A stretch of DNA of 64,000 nucleotides, from positions 1-64,000 of IMG/VR virus record IMGVR_UViG_3300035703_000055, one strand, 5' to 3'. Origin of the DNA: a virus. The translations under genes and the position numbers were made by a program. Positions 35,434-44,796 of the stretch are shown here, piece after piece. Within the stretch, counting starts at the first letter, position 1; each line of letters starts with the position of its first letter. The notes beneath the pieces are model-generated. The model searched no databases, was not told the DNA's origin, and was given only the letters and a program-made list of their open reading frames with translations.

Positions 35434-36216
35434 ATGTCCAACACCCTTGTCAAAGACGTCCTGTACCGCGTGTCGGTCCAGTTGCACGACATTAGCCCGC
35501 AGTTCACCCGCTGGACTCAGCGCGAGCTCGTGTCTGCTCTGAACGACGGCCAAAAGGCCATCGCCAAGTACATGCCGTCCTCCTGCTCAAGGGTGGATGC
35601 AGTCAAGCTCAAGCCCGGCACCAAGCAATCGATCGACACCATCCTGGCCACTGACATCAAGCCAGGCGACGGGTCTACCGCTACCAAGGTGCTGGGCAAC
35701 TACTTGCAGGGCGTGATCCGCAACATGGGCTCTGATGGCCTGACGCCCGGCACCGCGGTTCGGATTGCCGACCGTGAGGTGCTGGATGTCAACACGCCCA
35801 ACTGGCACACCGTGACCGGCACACCAGTGTCGATCTACACGTTTGATCCGCGCCAGCCCAAGATTTTCTATGTGTCGCCAGGCGTTCCGTCGACCGGCAC
35901 AGCATGGCTCGAGGTCTCGTACCTGGCTGACCCCGTTGAGGTTTCTCTGGTTGGCGACTACGCCATGGACGGCACGGACGACACCGTGATCAGCATTGAC
36001 GACAAGTTCGTCGATGACCTCGTCAACTACATCCTGGCCCGCGCCTACATGAAGGACGCCGAGTTCGCCGGCAACGGCGGCCAGGCTGCCATCCACGTCA
36101 ACCTGTTCACCGCGTCCATCAACGCCCAGGTGGTCGCGCTCACAGGCGTGAACCCAAATCTGCGCGCGTTGCCCATGAACCCCAACGTGCCGGCTCCGTC
36201 GGCTCCAACGGCGTAA
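35434..36216 (+). CDS. head-tail adaptor (DUF6682-like)
   Basis: RW...EL...LNDGQ..LVNYILARAY.KDAE. Confidence 0.75.
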   Translation: MSNTLVKDVLYRVSVQLHDISPQFTRWTQRELVSALNDGQKAIAKYMPSSCSRVDAVKLKPGTKQSIDTILATDIKPGDGSTATKVLGNYLQGVIRNMGSDGLTPGTAVRIADREVLDVNTPNWHTVTGTPVSIYTFDPRQPKIFYVSPGVPSTGTAWLEVSYLADPVEVSLVGDYAMDGTDDTVISIDDKFVDDLVNYILARAYMKDAEFAGNGGQAAIHVNLFTASINAQVVALTGVNPNLRALPMNPNVPAPSAPTA

Positions 36217-36219
36217 CCC

Positions 36220-36858
36220 ATGAAGCTCGACGACTTTCTCCCACACCTGCTGCCTGAGTTGCCAGGCTGCCCGGACATGATCATCAAGCAGCAGCTGCTG
36301 TTTGGCGTCATCGAGTTCTGCCAAGAGACACACGCCTGGAACGAGATCCAGGACCCGATCCAAGTGCTCGAGAAGCAGTACGAGATCGACGTCGAGACGC
36401 CTCGCGACACCCGAGTCGTTGCGGTCAAGGACGTCTGGGCATCCAGCCGCAAGTTGCGCCCGGTCACCATGCCGCAGCTGTTTGAGCTGATGCCGAACTG
36501 GCAGACAGCAGAAGGCTCGGAGCCCACCTACTACAACGCAAGCATCGACTACCGCACGATCCGGATTTTCCCGATCCCGTTTGGCACGAATCGCCAGACG
36601 CTGACGATGCGCGTCGCCTACGCGCCAGAGATGACCGCTACGACGATTCCGGACGAGCTGGCCATCAAGTACTGGGACGCCCTGATCGGAGGCGCCAAGG
36701 CCCGTCTGATGACGATGCCGGGCAAATCCTGGAGCAATCCAGCGCTCTCGCTCTACAACCGCCGCCTGTTCGACGACGGGATTCTCAAGGCGAAGATCAG
36801 CGCACTGCACGACCGGGTCGAGGGCAGTCTTTCAGTTCGACCCCATCCATTCGCCTGA
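36220..36858 (+). CDS. second head-tail adaptor / tail tubular A-like protein
   Basis: P.LPGCP..IEFC..T.AW..GAKARL..MPGK.WSNP. Confidence 0.7.
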   Translation: MKLDDFLPHLLPELPGCPDMIIKQQLLFGVIEFCQETHAWNEIQDPIQVLEKQYEIDVETPRDTRVVAVKDVWASSRKLRPVTMPQLFELMPNWQTAEGSEPTYYNASIDYRTIRIFPIPFGTNRQTLTMRVAYAPEMTATTIPDELAIKYWDALIGGAKARLMTMPGKSWSNPALSLYNRRLFDDGILKAKISALHDRVEGSLSVRPHPFA

Positions 36859-36870
36859 CCGAGGTTCGCC

Positions 36871-37197
36871 ATGGCAGAAAAAATCAAACTCGTTCGAGGC
36901 GACACCCGCCCTCAGCTGCAACTAACGCTCACCAACGAGCTCGACGATCTGAATGTCGACCTGACGGATGCCACGCTTGTCATGCGCTTTCGCCAGGCCG
37001 GCTCCGATCAGGTGCTGGACACGCTCAACGGCATCGTGACTGACGGCGTCGGCGGCAAGGTCGTGTTCCTGTGGAACCTGAACACGCTCAACGTCGAGCC
37101 AGGAGACTACGAGGGCGAGATCGAGATCACGTTCCCATCGCTTGAAGTCCAAACCGTCTACGAGCTGCTCAAGTTCCGAGTTCGTCAGGACTTCTGA
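36871..37197 (+). CDS. BppU-N-like virion structural protein
   Basis: RGDTRP.L..G.Y.GEIEITF..QT. Confidence 0.65.
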   Translation: MAEKIKLVRGDTRPQLQLTLTNELDDLNVDLTDATLVMRFRQAGSDQVLDTLNGIVTDGVGGKVVFLWNLNTLNVEPGDYEGEIEITFPSLEVQTVYELLKFRVRQDF

Positions 37198-38063
37198 TGG
37201 TCAAGATTGGCATCTTCATTGAGGCGATTCAGGTTGCAGTCGCCCAGGGTGCAATCACCGCACAAGTTGGCGCAGAAGCCATCAAGTACTACGCCGAAGT
37301 CGGCGAATTCTTCCTGCGCCGCAACGCTTTTGACGCCACGCAGACGACCGATGAAACGCTGCTGGAGATCACCAAGCGCCTCCAGGATGCGATGGTCGCG
37401 ATCGATGTCGCCACCAAATCTCTGGGCCGCGGCATCAACGACGCGATCGCCGCCTCAGAGGTGGTGTCAAAGGGCCTCGGAAGGTCGGTCTCTGATAGCT
37501 CGGTTGCGTCCGACACAAGCGTGCGTGCTTTTGGCAAGGCAGTGACAGAACTGATTGCCTCTTCCGAGTCGCTGCAGCGCATGGTGGGCAAAACGCTCGC
37601 CGATACGGCAGCATCCGCCGACGTCGCCACCAAGGGCTTCAGCAAAACTGCCAGCGATGCCGCGGCCATAAGCGACGTCACATCCAAGGGTTTCGCCAAG
37701 ACCGCCGCAGAGGCACTTGTCGCGTCGGACTCAGTCCTGGTTGCGTCAGTCAAAGATCTGGCCGACGCCGTCAGCGTCACAGACGACATCAACGGCAGCG
37801 CCGTCGCAGACGACGACCAGACCATACAGTTTGTCAAGTCATTGACAGACCCCATCACCGCGGCCGATTTGCTTCAGCGAATTGCAAGCTACAGCCGCGC
37901 GTTCACAGAGTCCCTGTCTGCTGCCGACGTGGCCAGCAAACATACCTCAAAGGCCGCGACTGACTCAGCCGCAACCTCCGAGCAAGGCCAGATCTTTCTG
38001 CAGAGCTACGCCGATGGGACGTACTTCGCAGAGGACTACGTCGGCACCACAACCACCTTTTGA
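37197..38063 (+). CDS. repetitive Ala/Ser/Thr-rich tail protein
   Basis: ~19-aa repeats (D...ASD..SKG..K). Confidence 0.7.
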   Translation: MVKIGIFIEAIQVAVAQGAITAQVGAEAIKYYAEVGEFFLRRNAFDATQTTDETLLEITKRLQDAMVAIDVATKSLGRGINDAIAASEVVSKGLGRSVSDSSVASDTSVRAFGKAVTELIASSESLQRMVGKTLADTAASADVATKGFSKTASDAAAISDVTSKGFAKTAAEALVASDSVLVASVKDLADAVSVTDDINGSAVADDDQTIQFVKSLTDPITAADLLQRIASYSRAFTESLSAADVASKHTSKAATDSAATSEQGQIFLQSYADGTYFAEDYVGTTTTF

Positions 38064-38075
38064 AAGGCAATACCC

Positions 38076-38519
38076 ATGAACACTCAAGAATTTCTCAAAG
38101 TCGTCGGCAACGTCGATGTTGTACTGACCGGCGCTGACGGCCAGATCAAAGACCAGCGCGAGATCAAAAACCTGGTCGTTACCAGCGGCCTGGCCTTCAT
38201 CGCCAGCCGCATGCGCGACGCCTCCGCCTCTGTCATGTCTCACATGGCCGTCGGCGCCGGCACCACTGCTGCCGCCCTGGGCAACACCGGCCTGGTCTCC
38301 GAGCTCGGTCGCGTGGCTTTGACCTCGACCACCGTGAACTCCAACCAGATCGTGTTCACCGCCACATTCCCTGCGGGCACTGGCACTGGCGCTGTGACTG
38401 AGGCCGGCATCCTGAACGCTGGCGCTGCCGGCACCATGCTTTGCCGCACCGTGTTCAGCGTCGTGAACAAGGACGCAGGCGACACTTTGTCGATCACCTG
38501 GTCTGTGACCATCTCTTGA
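38076..38519 (+). CDS. tail fibre-associated structural protein
   Basis: NLVVTSG..MAVG.G..EAGI.N..NK...DTL.ITW family. Confidence 0.75.
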   Translation: MNTQEFLKVVGNVDVVLTGADGQIKDQREIKNLVVTSGLAFIASRMRDASASVMSHMAVGAGTTAAALGNTGLVSELGRVALTSTTVNSNQIVFTATFPAGTGTGAVTEAGILNAGAAGTMLCRTVFSVVNKDAGDTLSITWSVTIS

Positions 38520-38609
38520 TCCACTGAGCTGCTCTGGGGCTCGCGCAATGCGGGCCCGCGCGCTTCCCCTGCGCCATCACTGTAAAAAACCCAGGCACAA
38601 GGCAACTCA

Positions 38610-40904
38610 ATGGCTTCTCTCACTCTACGTCTCATCAAAGGCGAGCCGCTCACAAACGCTGAGTTGGACGCAAACTTTTCCAACTTGGACGCCGATGTGG
38701 CGTCGCGCCTGCTTGCGTCCAGCAATTTGTCGGACTTGGCCAGTGCCGCCACAGCTCGCACAAACCTTGGCCTGGGCAACGTCGAGAACAAGTCATCGGC
38801 CACGATCCGCTCGGAGCTGACCAGCCTGAACGTCACAACGGCACTGGGTTTCACGCCTTACGACGCATCCAACCCGACCGGGTACATCACCAGCGCCGCG
38901 CTGTCTCCGTACCTCACGAGCGCATCGGCCGCATCGACCTACCTGGCATTGGCTGGCGGCACGATGGCCGGCAGCCTCACGCTGAACGCCGGCACAGCCA
39001 ACGGCCTGGCCTACCTCAACGGCTCCAAAGTACTGACCACTGGGTCTGCACTGACGTTTGATGGAGCACTCCTTGGTGTCCCATCCATCGGCCAGTCTGG
39101 CTCTGGCATTTACGGGTTCTTCAACAGTACCGGCGCTGGTAATGCTTGGGCGAGCTACCGATATAACGGCTCGGAGATTGGCGAAATTGGGCAAGGCAGC
39201 GGAATCATTTCTGGCGGCTCAAATACGGATTTCGGAATCCGTGCAACCAACAATTTGGTCTTTGGCATTTCGTTTAACGAACAAATGCGCCTGACCAGCA
39301 CAGGTCTGGGTATTGGGACGAGTTCGCCACAGACAAAACTTCAAGCTGATGGAACTTCGGCTGGGGCTTTGCTGAACGTCTTGACCCTGCGGAACGGTTC
39401 GGCTGTTGCCAACTCGGAAGTTGGCATCTTCTTTGCGCCTACTGACCAAACTACCAATATTCGCGGCGCTCAGATTTCAGCAATCAATGACGGCGGCAAC
39501 AATGTTGGATTGAAGTTCTACACAGGCGCTGGTGCCTCTATCACTAGCAAAATGTTGCTCGACTCCTCCGGCAACCTCGGCTTGGGGGTTACTCCGAGTG
39601 CTTGGCAGGCTGCACTTGGGAAAGTTATTCAGCTTGGTACTGGCGGCGCAATTGTGGGCGACAGCGGGGCCGGTCGTCTTCGTTCTATCGCAAACGCTTA
39701 TTTTGATGGTTCAAACTGGAGGTATATCGTTAACGGGTATGCCACCTATATGTACCAAGACGGATTCACTGGAGCCACGTCTTGGCAACAAGCCCCCTCC
39801 GGCACAGCAGGCAACGCTATCAGCTTTACTCAGGCGATGACGCTGGATGCGAGTGGACGACTGTTGGTTGGCAGCACCTCTGCCACAAGTGGCCTGGCAT
39901 CCGGAGCACTGCAGGTCGGTTCTGGGCTTTCTGGCCTTACCAACACCGGCTCCCTTGTTGCCCCGACCATTGTTACTTCCGGCTCCCTTGAGTTCAATTT
40001 TGATGGGGTGTCAGGAGCTCAACGTCACGGCCGCATCACGGGTAACGGCACTACCAACGGCGGCCCATACGCAGGCGGCTTGGATTTTGAGTACTACGCT
40101 TATGACGGAAGCAGCGCGTACCGGTGGTACACGGGTGCGCGTATCACCTCCGGCGGCACGCTTTGCATCAACACGACATCAACTACAAATTCCGCAAAGC
40201 AGGTTGTCGCGGCCGCATATCAGGGTGTTGGTGTGTTTTCTTGGGCGTCACGGTTTGGCGCTGACAGTTACACCGGCGATGGCGGTGACTATGCGGTAAT
40301 CGGTTTTGGCGTTGAGACCAGCTCATTCTCTAAAGGCGCATTTGGCTGGAAACGCACCGGGTCGTATGACCGTGGCGCTTTTGTCTGGGCCATCAACAAT
40401 GAACTCAACGGCAACAGCGCTGTAGCCACCGATATAAAAATGATGTTGTCTCCTGCTGGGGGGCTGTCCCTTGGAACCACGGTAGACCCTGGCGCAGGTG
40501 CCATCTACGCCACTGGCAACATCACGGCCTACTACTCCTCGGACGCCAAGTTCAAGGAAAACGTCACCGAAATCCCGAGCGCCGCAGCCACCGTCCTCGC
40601 CATCGGCGGCAAGCTCTTCGACTGGACCGACGAATACATCGCATCGCACGGAGGCGAGGATGGCTACTTTGTTCAAAAGCAGGACTTCGGTGTCATCGCT
40701 CAGGACGTGTTGCGCGTCTTCCCTCGCGCTGTGCGTAAGCGTGCAGATGGCTCACTGGCAGTGGACTACGAAAAGCTCTCAGCGCTGGCCTTTGCGGCTA
40801 TCGCAGAGCAAGAGGCTCGCATCAATGAACAGCAGGCTCGCATCGATGAGCAAGAAGTTCGCATCGCTCGCCTTGAGCGGCTCATCGAGGCGCGTCTGCA
40901 ATGA
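38610..40904 (+). CDS. tail fibre with C-terminal intramolecular chaperone (peptidase S74)
   Basis: GLGIGTSSP repeats; SSDAKFKENV..FDW..GVIAQDV..P.AV..VDYEKL plus coiled coil. Confidence 0.88.
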   Translation: MASLTLRLIKGEPLTNAELDANFSNLDADVASRLLASSNLSDLASAATARTNLGLGNVENKSSATIRSELTSLNVTTALGFTPYDASNPTGYITSAALSPYLTSASAASTYLALAGGTMAGSLTLNAGTANGLAYLNGSKVLTTGSALTFDGALLGVPSIGQSGSGIYGFFNSTGAGNAWASYRYNGSEIGEIGQGSGIISGGSNTDFGIRATNNLVFGISFNEQMRLTSTGLGIGTSSPQTKLQADGTSAGALLNVLTLRNGSAVANSEVGIFFAPTDQTTNIRGAQISAINDGGNNVGLKFYTGAGASITSKMLLDSSGNLGLGVTPSAWQAALGKVIQLGTGGAIVGDSGAGRLRSIANAYFDGSNWRYIVNGYATYMYQDGFTGATSWQQAPSGTAGNAISFTQAMTLDASGRLLVGSTSATSGLASGALQVGSGLSGLTNTGSLVAPTIVTSGSLEFNFDGVSGAQRHGRITGNGTTNGGPYAGGLDFEYYAYDGSSAYRWYTGARITSGGTLCINTTSTTNSAKQVVAAAYQGVGVFSWASRFGADSYTGDGGDYAVIGFGVETSSFSKGAFGWKRTGSYDRGAFVWAINNELNGNSAVATDIKMMLSPAGGLSLGTTVDPGAGAIYATGNITAYYSSDAKFKENVTEIPSAAATVLAIGGKLFDWTDEYIASHGGEDGYFVQKQDFGVIAQDVLRVFPRAVRKRADGSLAVDYEKLSALAFAAIAEQEARINEQQARIDEQEVRIARLERLIEARLQ

Positions 40905-41449
40905 CATTACCTGCATCAGGATCAATCAGCTTAGGGCAGGTGAATACCGAGCTGTCGCGGTCTGCAACGGCCGCAATCAGCTTGAATGAAACTGCAGTGC
41001 GCACCCTATTTGGCAAGGCAAGCGGTGCGATCTCAATGGCGGACGGGCGAGGCAAAGCGAACGCCTTCACGACCACGCCAACAGGCAGCGCGTACAGAGG
41101 CACCGGCAGCTCGGCGGGTTACGTCAACGGCTACATCAGATCTGACCTTGGGGGTGTGTACTCGGCGCTCGGCTCGATCTCTGTCGGTACGTACAAGGGC
41201 TTCACCATCCAGGCGCTTTACTCGCGAATCTACAGCGACGGCTATGACCAAAGCTATGGCCTGATCTTGGTCGGCAACTCAACGTCTGCCATCCCAAGCG
41301 TGACCTATGTGACGCCGTCCGACTGGGGCACGATCACCGGCGTCTTTGATGGCACGTACACGCGCTACACCTACACCGTAGGCCTTGGCGATGGACCGGC
41401 CTACACGGACGGCATCAGCGGCCTTGCCATTCAGATACTGCCGGCGTAA
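40901..41449 (+). CDS. tail-fibre tip / adhesin-like protein
   Basis: MTLPASGSISL.QVNTEL..SGAISM N-terminal module typical of fibre-tip proteins. Confidence 0.7.
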   Translation: MTLPASGSISLGQVNTELSRSATAAISLNETAVRTLFGKASGAISMADGRGKANAFTTTPTGSAYRGTGSSAGYVNGYIRSDLGGVYSALGSISVGTYKGFTIQALYSRIYSDGYDQSYGLILVGNSTSAIPSVTYVTPSDWGTITGVFDGTYTRYTYTVGLGDGPAYTDGISGLAIQILPA

Positions 41450-41460
41450 GGCTTGACATC

Positions 41461-41691
41461 ATGACACTGCCTCAACTCCCCCAAGACAAAGCCAGCCACG
41501 TCCTGTACGGGCTGCTGGCGTTCTGCGTGTTCGGTCTCATCAGCCCCGTCTTGGGCTTTCTTGCTGCCGTCTTCATTGGCGCCGCAAAAGAGGCTTGGGA
41601 TCGCTGGACAGGCAAAGGCCATGTCGAGTGGGCTGACTTCATCGCCACTACCGCCGGTGGCGGCGCTGGCCTTTTCTGCACTTTTCTCTAA
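41461..41691 (+). CDS. small membrane protein (VanZ-like)
   Basis: DKASH..AKEAWD..DFIAT..GG. Confidence 0.65.
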   Translation: MTLPQLPQDKASHVLYGLLAFCVFGLISPVLGFLAAVFIGAAKEAWDRWTGKGHVEWADFIATTAGGGAGLFCTFL

Positions 41692-41700
41692 GGACTCACC

Positions 41701-42024
41701 ATGACCACTTTCAAAATCGCCAACCTTGACCGCCACACTGCTGACGGCTTTGTCACTGTCGCGCACTGGACTGCATCGCAGACCGACGGCGAGTTCACCG
41801 CTTCGACCTACGGCACCGTGGGCTTCGTCAAAGAGGACGGCGTCAACCTGATCCCCTACGAAGACCTGACCGAAGAGCAGGTGATCGGCTGGGTGAAGGG
41901 CGCCCTGGGCGAAGAGCAGCTGGCCGCCATCGACGCGTCCCTGGCCGCGAACATTACCGAGCAGAAAGCACCCAAGGTTGCCAGTGGCACGCCTTGGTCC
42001 GATTTTAAAAAATCTGCAAATTGA
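41701..42024 (+). CDS. conserved fibre-associated protein
   Basis: IPYEDLTEEQVIGWV..G.PW family. Confidence 0.75.
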   Translation: MTTFKIANLDRHTADGFVTVAHWTASQTDGEFTASTYGTVGFVKEDGVNLIPYEDLTEEQVIGWVKGALGEEQLAAIDASLAANITEQKAPKVASGTPWSDFKKSAN

Positions 42025-42060
42025 CAAAACCGTCAAAGGCTCAAAAGCCGAGAATGCAGC

Positions 42061-42098
42061 CAACAAAAAGTTGCCTGGACAACAAAGATGGATATAAT
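42061..42098 (+). promoter_or_regulatory. promoter upstream of the lysis cassette, with box
   Basis: CAAC-AAAAA-GTTG at 42061-42073 overlapping TTGCCT-16-TATAAT. Confidence 0.65.
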
Positions 42099-42145
42099 TC
42101 GCGCGCCAATTTTGGTACGCGTTCCATTTCTGTGAGGTAACCCCT

Positions 42146-42331
42146 ATGTCCATTCAACTGAATGTTGAAATCCAAGAAACCCAGGTCATTCTGGCCGCCC
42201 TGGCGAAGCAACCCTTCGAGCAGGTCGCCGATCTGTGGTTCAAGCTGAAGAACCAGGCCGAGCAGCAGCTGCAGGCCAAGCCCGCCGCCGAGCCTGGCCC
42301 CGCGCCAGACGAAGCCAACACAGAGGCCTAA
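42146..42331 (+). CDS. small hypothetical protein
   Basis: IL.AL...PF.QVA.L..KL..QA family; GAGG RBS. Confidence 0.7.
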   Translation: MSIQLNVEIQETQVILAALAKQPFEQVADLWFKLKNQAEQQLQAKPAAEPGPAPDEANTEA

Positions 42332-42343
42332 GCCTCACCCCTC

Positions 42344-42374
42344 AAAGCCCGCCAAGTGCGGGCTTTGTTCTTTT
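42344..42374 (+). terminator. intrinsic terminator before the holin
   Basis: AAAGCCCGC-CAAGT-GCGGGCTTT followed by GTTCTTTT. Confidence 0.7.
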
Positions 42375-42387
42375 GGAGCCCCTCGCA

Positions 42388-42591
42388 ATGAAACTCATCG
42401 ACGACTGGAAGCACATTCTGCGCAAGGCCTGGTCCGTGCGCCTGATGATCCTGGCGGCGCTGCTGTCTGGCATTGAGGTGGCTCTGCCGTTCTTCGCCTC
42501 GGAGATCCCGCTGGGCACATTCGCGATCGCGTCTGCTGTCGTGACGGCCGCAGCTCTGATTGCCCGCGTCGTGGCGCAAAAGGAGGCCTGA
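42388..42591 (+). CDS. holin
   Basis: MKLIDDWK..AWSVRL, two TM segments, ARVVAQ; precedes the lysozyme. Confidence 0.75.
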   Translation: MKLIDDWKHILRKAWSVRLMILAALLSGIEVALPFFASEIPLGTFAIASAVVTAAALIARVVAQKEA

Positions 42592-43064
42592 TGGCACTGC
42601 AGCGAAAACACATTGCAGCCCTGGCTCTGAGCGCGAGCGCGTTTGTCGGCCTGGCTGTGCATGAGGGCTACAGCGATCGCGCCTACACACCGGTTCCTGG
42701 CGACGTGCCGACGATCGGCTTTGGCACCACAGGGGGCGTCAAGATGGGCGACACCATTACTGCGCCTCAAGCGCTAATGAGAGCCCTGCAGGACGTCCAG
42801 AAGTTCGAGGGCGCGCTCAAGAAGTGCGTCAAGGTGCCGCTGCACCAGTATGAATACGACGCGTACACCAGCCTGACCTACAACATCGGCGAGAACGCGT
42901 TCTGCGGCTCGACCCTGGTGCGCAAGCTCAACGCGCAGCAGTACGCCGAGGCTTGCGAGGAAATCAAGCGCTGGGACAAGTTCAAAGGCCAGCCCCTGCG
43001 CGGCCTGACCATCCGTCGCAACAAGGAGTACCAGCAATGTATTGGCGCATCACAGCAGCACTGA
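42591..43064 (+). CDS. endolysin, GH24 lysozyme (SAR-like)
   Basis: hydrophobic N-terminus, HEG..AY....DVPTIGFG catalytic E-D-T triad, YNIG, GL..RR..E. Confidence 0.92.
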   Translation: MALQRKHIAALALSASAFVGLAVHEGYSDRAYTPVPGDVPTIGFGTTGGVKMGDTITAPQALMRALQDVQKFEGALKKCVKVPLHQYEYDAYTSLTYNIGENAFCGSTLVRKLNAQQYAEACEEIKRWDKFKGQPLRGLTIRRNKEYQQCIGASQQH

Positions 43065-43531
43065 TCGTCGCCGCCTTGCTGGCGGGCACGCACTGGAAGG
43101 CCTACGTCACCGGCAAGCAAGCCGTGCGGGCTGAGTGGAACCTGGACATCCAGAAACGCACCGAGCAGGCCTTGGCGGCCGAGCAGGCAGCACGCGACCA
43201 GGAGCAGCAGCTCGTGGCCGCAAAACACAAAGCAGAGGAAGCCTATGTCAACGAAAAACGCAAAGCAGCTCGCGCTGCAGCTGGCGCTAAGTCTGAGCTT
43301 GATCGGTTGCGCGACGCCATCGCCGAGCGTGGTGCAGGTGAGACCTGTGCTGATCCCAGCCCCCAGCCCCGAGCTGATGCAGGAGCCCGACTTGAGCAAG
43401 AGCTACTCGGACATTGTGCGGGAGCTCTTACGGAGCTGGCAGCAGAAGCTGACCGACTGGAAGCGCTCGTCGTAGGCCTTCAGGGTTACATCAAGGGCAC
43501 CTTGCTCAAGCAATCCTCGCCACAGCCTTAA
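43037..43531 (+). CDS. inner-membrane spanin (Rz-like)
   Basis: N-terminal TM segment plus coiled coil, directly after the endolysin. Confidence 0.75.
   Translation: MYWRITAALIVAALLAGTHWKAYVTGKQAVRAEWNLDIQKRTEQALAAEQAARDQEQQLVAAKHKAEEAYVNEKRKAARAAAGAKSELDRLRDAIAERGAGETCADPSPQPRADAGARLEQELLGHCAGALTELAAEADRLEALVVGLQGYIKGTLLKQSSPQP
43245..43475 (+). CDS. outer-membrane spanin (Rz1-like), nested in the +1 frame
   Basis: signal peptide with lipobox LIGC, Pro-rich mature part, GAGGA RBS. Confidence 0.75.
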   Translation: MSTKNAKQLALQLALSLSLIGCATPSPSVVQVRPVLIPAPSPELMQEPDLSKSYSDIVRELLRSWQQKLTDWKRSS

Positions 43532-43592
43532 TCTGTGCGCACCACACCTCACCAAGTCGGGCTGGACGCCCGGCGCACAGAAAGCAGTACCA

Positions 43593-44783
43593 ATGGTCAT
43601 TGATGAAAACCTGAAGCAGTTCGCCACCGCGCGGCAGGTCGAGTACATCGACGCACTCAAAGCGCACGGCGGATGGCGAGCAGCCGCCCGACACCTCGGC
43701 ATCAGCCACAAGAACATCTTCAAGGCGATCAAGTCCTTGGAGAAAAAGGCCGCCATGCGCGGCTACGCACCAGGGCACGACTTCACCCGCCCAGTGCCCG
43801 ACATGTTCGTGGCCAAGGGCGTCTCCACCTACTACAACAAGGACGGCAAGCCGACCGGGCAGTGGGTCAAGGCAAGCTTGGATGACCAAAAGCGCATGCA
43901 GGCCATGCAGGATGCGATTGCAGCCCTGTGTGACGACGTGCCGCGGGTCAAGTCCACGCCAGCACCCGGCATTTCCAGCGAGTCCCTGGCCACCGTCTAC
44001 ACGCTGACCGACTCGCACGTCGGCATGCTGTCCTGGCACCGCGAGACTGGCGAGGACTGGGACCTGGAGATCGCCGAGCGCGTGCTGACTGGTTGCTTCC
44101 AGGCCATGGTCGACGCATCGCCCGCCGCCGGCGTCGGCATCGTCAACCAGCTGGGCGACTTCCTGCACAGCGACGGCTTGTCACCCGTGACGCCAACCTC
44201 TGGCCACATCCTCGACCAGGACGGCCGCTTCAGCAAGGTCGTCGAGGTCGCCGTGCGCGTGCTGCGCTCGGTTGTCTCCATGGCTCTGGCCAAGCACCCC
44301 AAAGTCATCGTGCTCATGGCCGAGGGCAACCACGACATGGCCTCGAGCGTGTGGCTTCGCGTGCTGTTCAAGACCCTGTTCGAAAACGAGCCCCGCGTCG
44401 AGGTCATCGACTCGCCCCTGCCGTACTACTGCATTCAGCACGGCAAGACCATGCTGGCCTTCCACCACGGTCACTTGAAGAAGAACGACCAGCTGCCGAT
44501 CCTGTTTGCCTCGCAGTTCCCGCAGATCTGGGGTGGCACGACAAAGCGCTACGCCCACACCGGCCATCGCCATCACATCGAAGAAAAAGAGCACTCCGGC
44601 ATCACCGTGATTCAGCACCCAACGCTGGCAGCGCGCGACGCCTACGCAGCCCGCGGCGGCTGGGTTGCCGAGCGCCAGGTCACCAGCATCACTTATCACT
44701 CTGAGTTTGGCCAAGTGGCTCGCCACACCGTCACCCCCGAAATGATCGAGCCGACAGCAACAAAAAGTTGCATCAGCGGCTAA
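43593..44783 (+). CDS. HTH + calcineurin-like metallophosphoesterase
   Basis: DSHVG, GDFLH, GNHD, HHGH, GHRHH motifs; N-terminal AAARHLGIS HTH. Confidence 0.85.
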   Translation: MVIDENLKQFATARQVEYIDALKAHGGWRAAARHLGISHKNIFKAIKSLEKKAAMRGYAPGHDFTRPVPDMFVAKGVSTYYNKDGKPTGQWVKASLDDQKRMQAMQDAIAALCDDVPRVKSTPAPGISSESLATVYTLTDSHVGMLSWHRETGEDWDLEIAERVLTGCFQAMVDASPAAGVGIVNQLGDFLHSDGLSPVTPTSGHILDQDGRFSKVVEVAVRVLRSVVSMALAKHPKVIVLMAEGNHDMASSVWLRVLFKTLFENEPRVEVIDSPLPYYCIQHGKTMLAFHHGHLKKNDQLPILFASQFPQIWGGTTKRYAHTGHRHHIEEKEHSGITVIQHPTLAARDAYAARGGWVAERQVTSITYHSEFGQVARHTVTPEMIEPTATKSCISG

Positions 44784-44786
44784 AAT
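44758..44786 (+). promoter_or_regulatory. CAAC-N5-GTTG box plus -10
   Basis: GCAAC-AAAAA-GTTGC, 10 nt upstream of TAAAAT. Confidence 0.55.
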
Positions 44787-44796
44787 CGGAGCCAAC

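Noticed and set aside
43245-43475. Nested ORF in the spanin gene as a novelty
   Set aside because: This is the well-known Rz/Rz1 embedded arrangement; listed as a feature only
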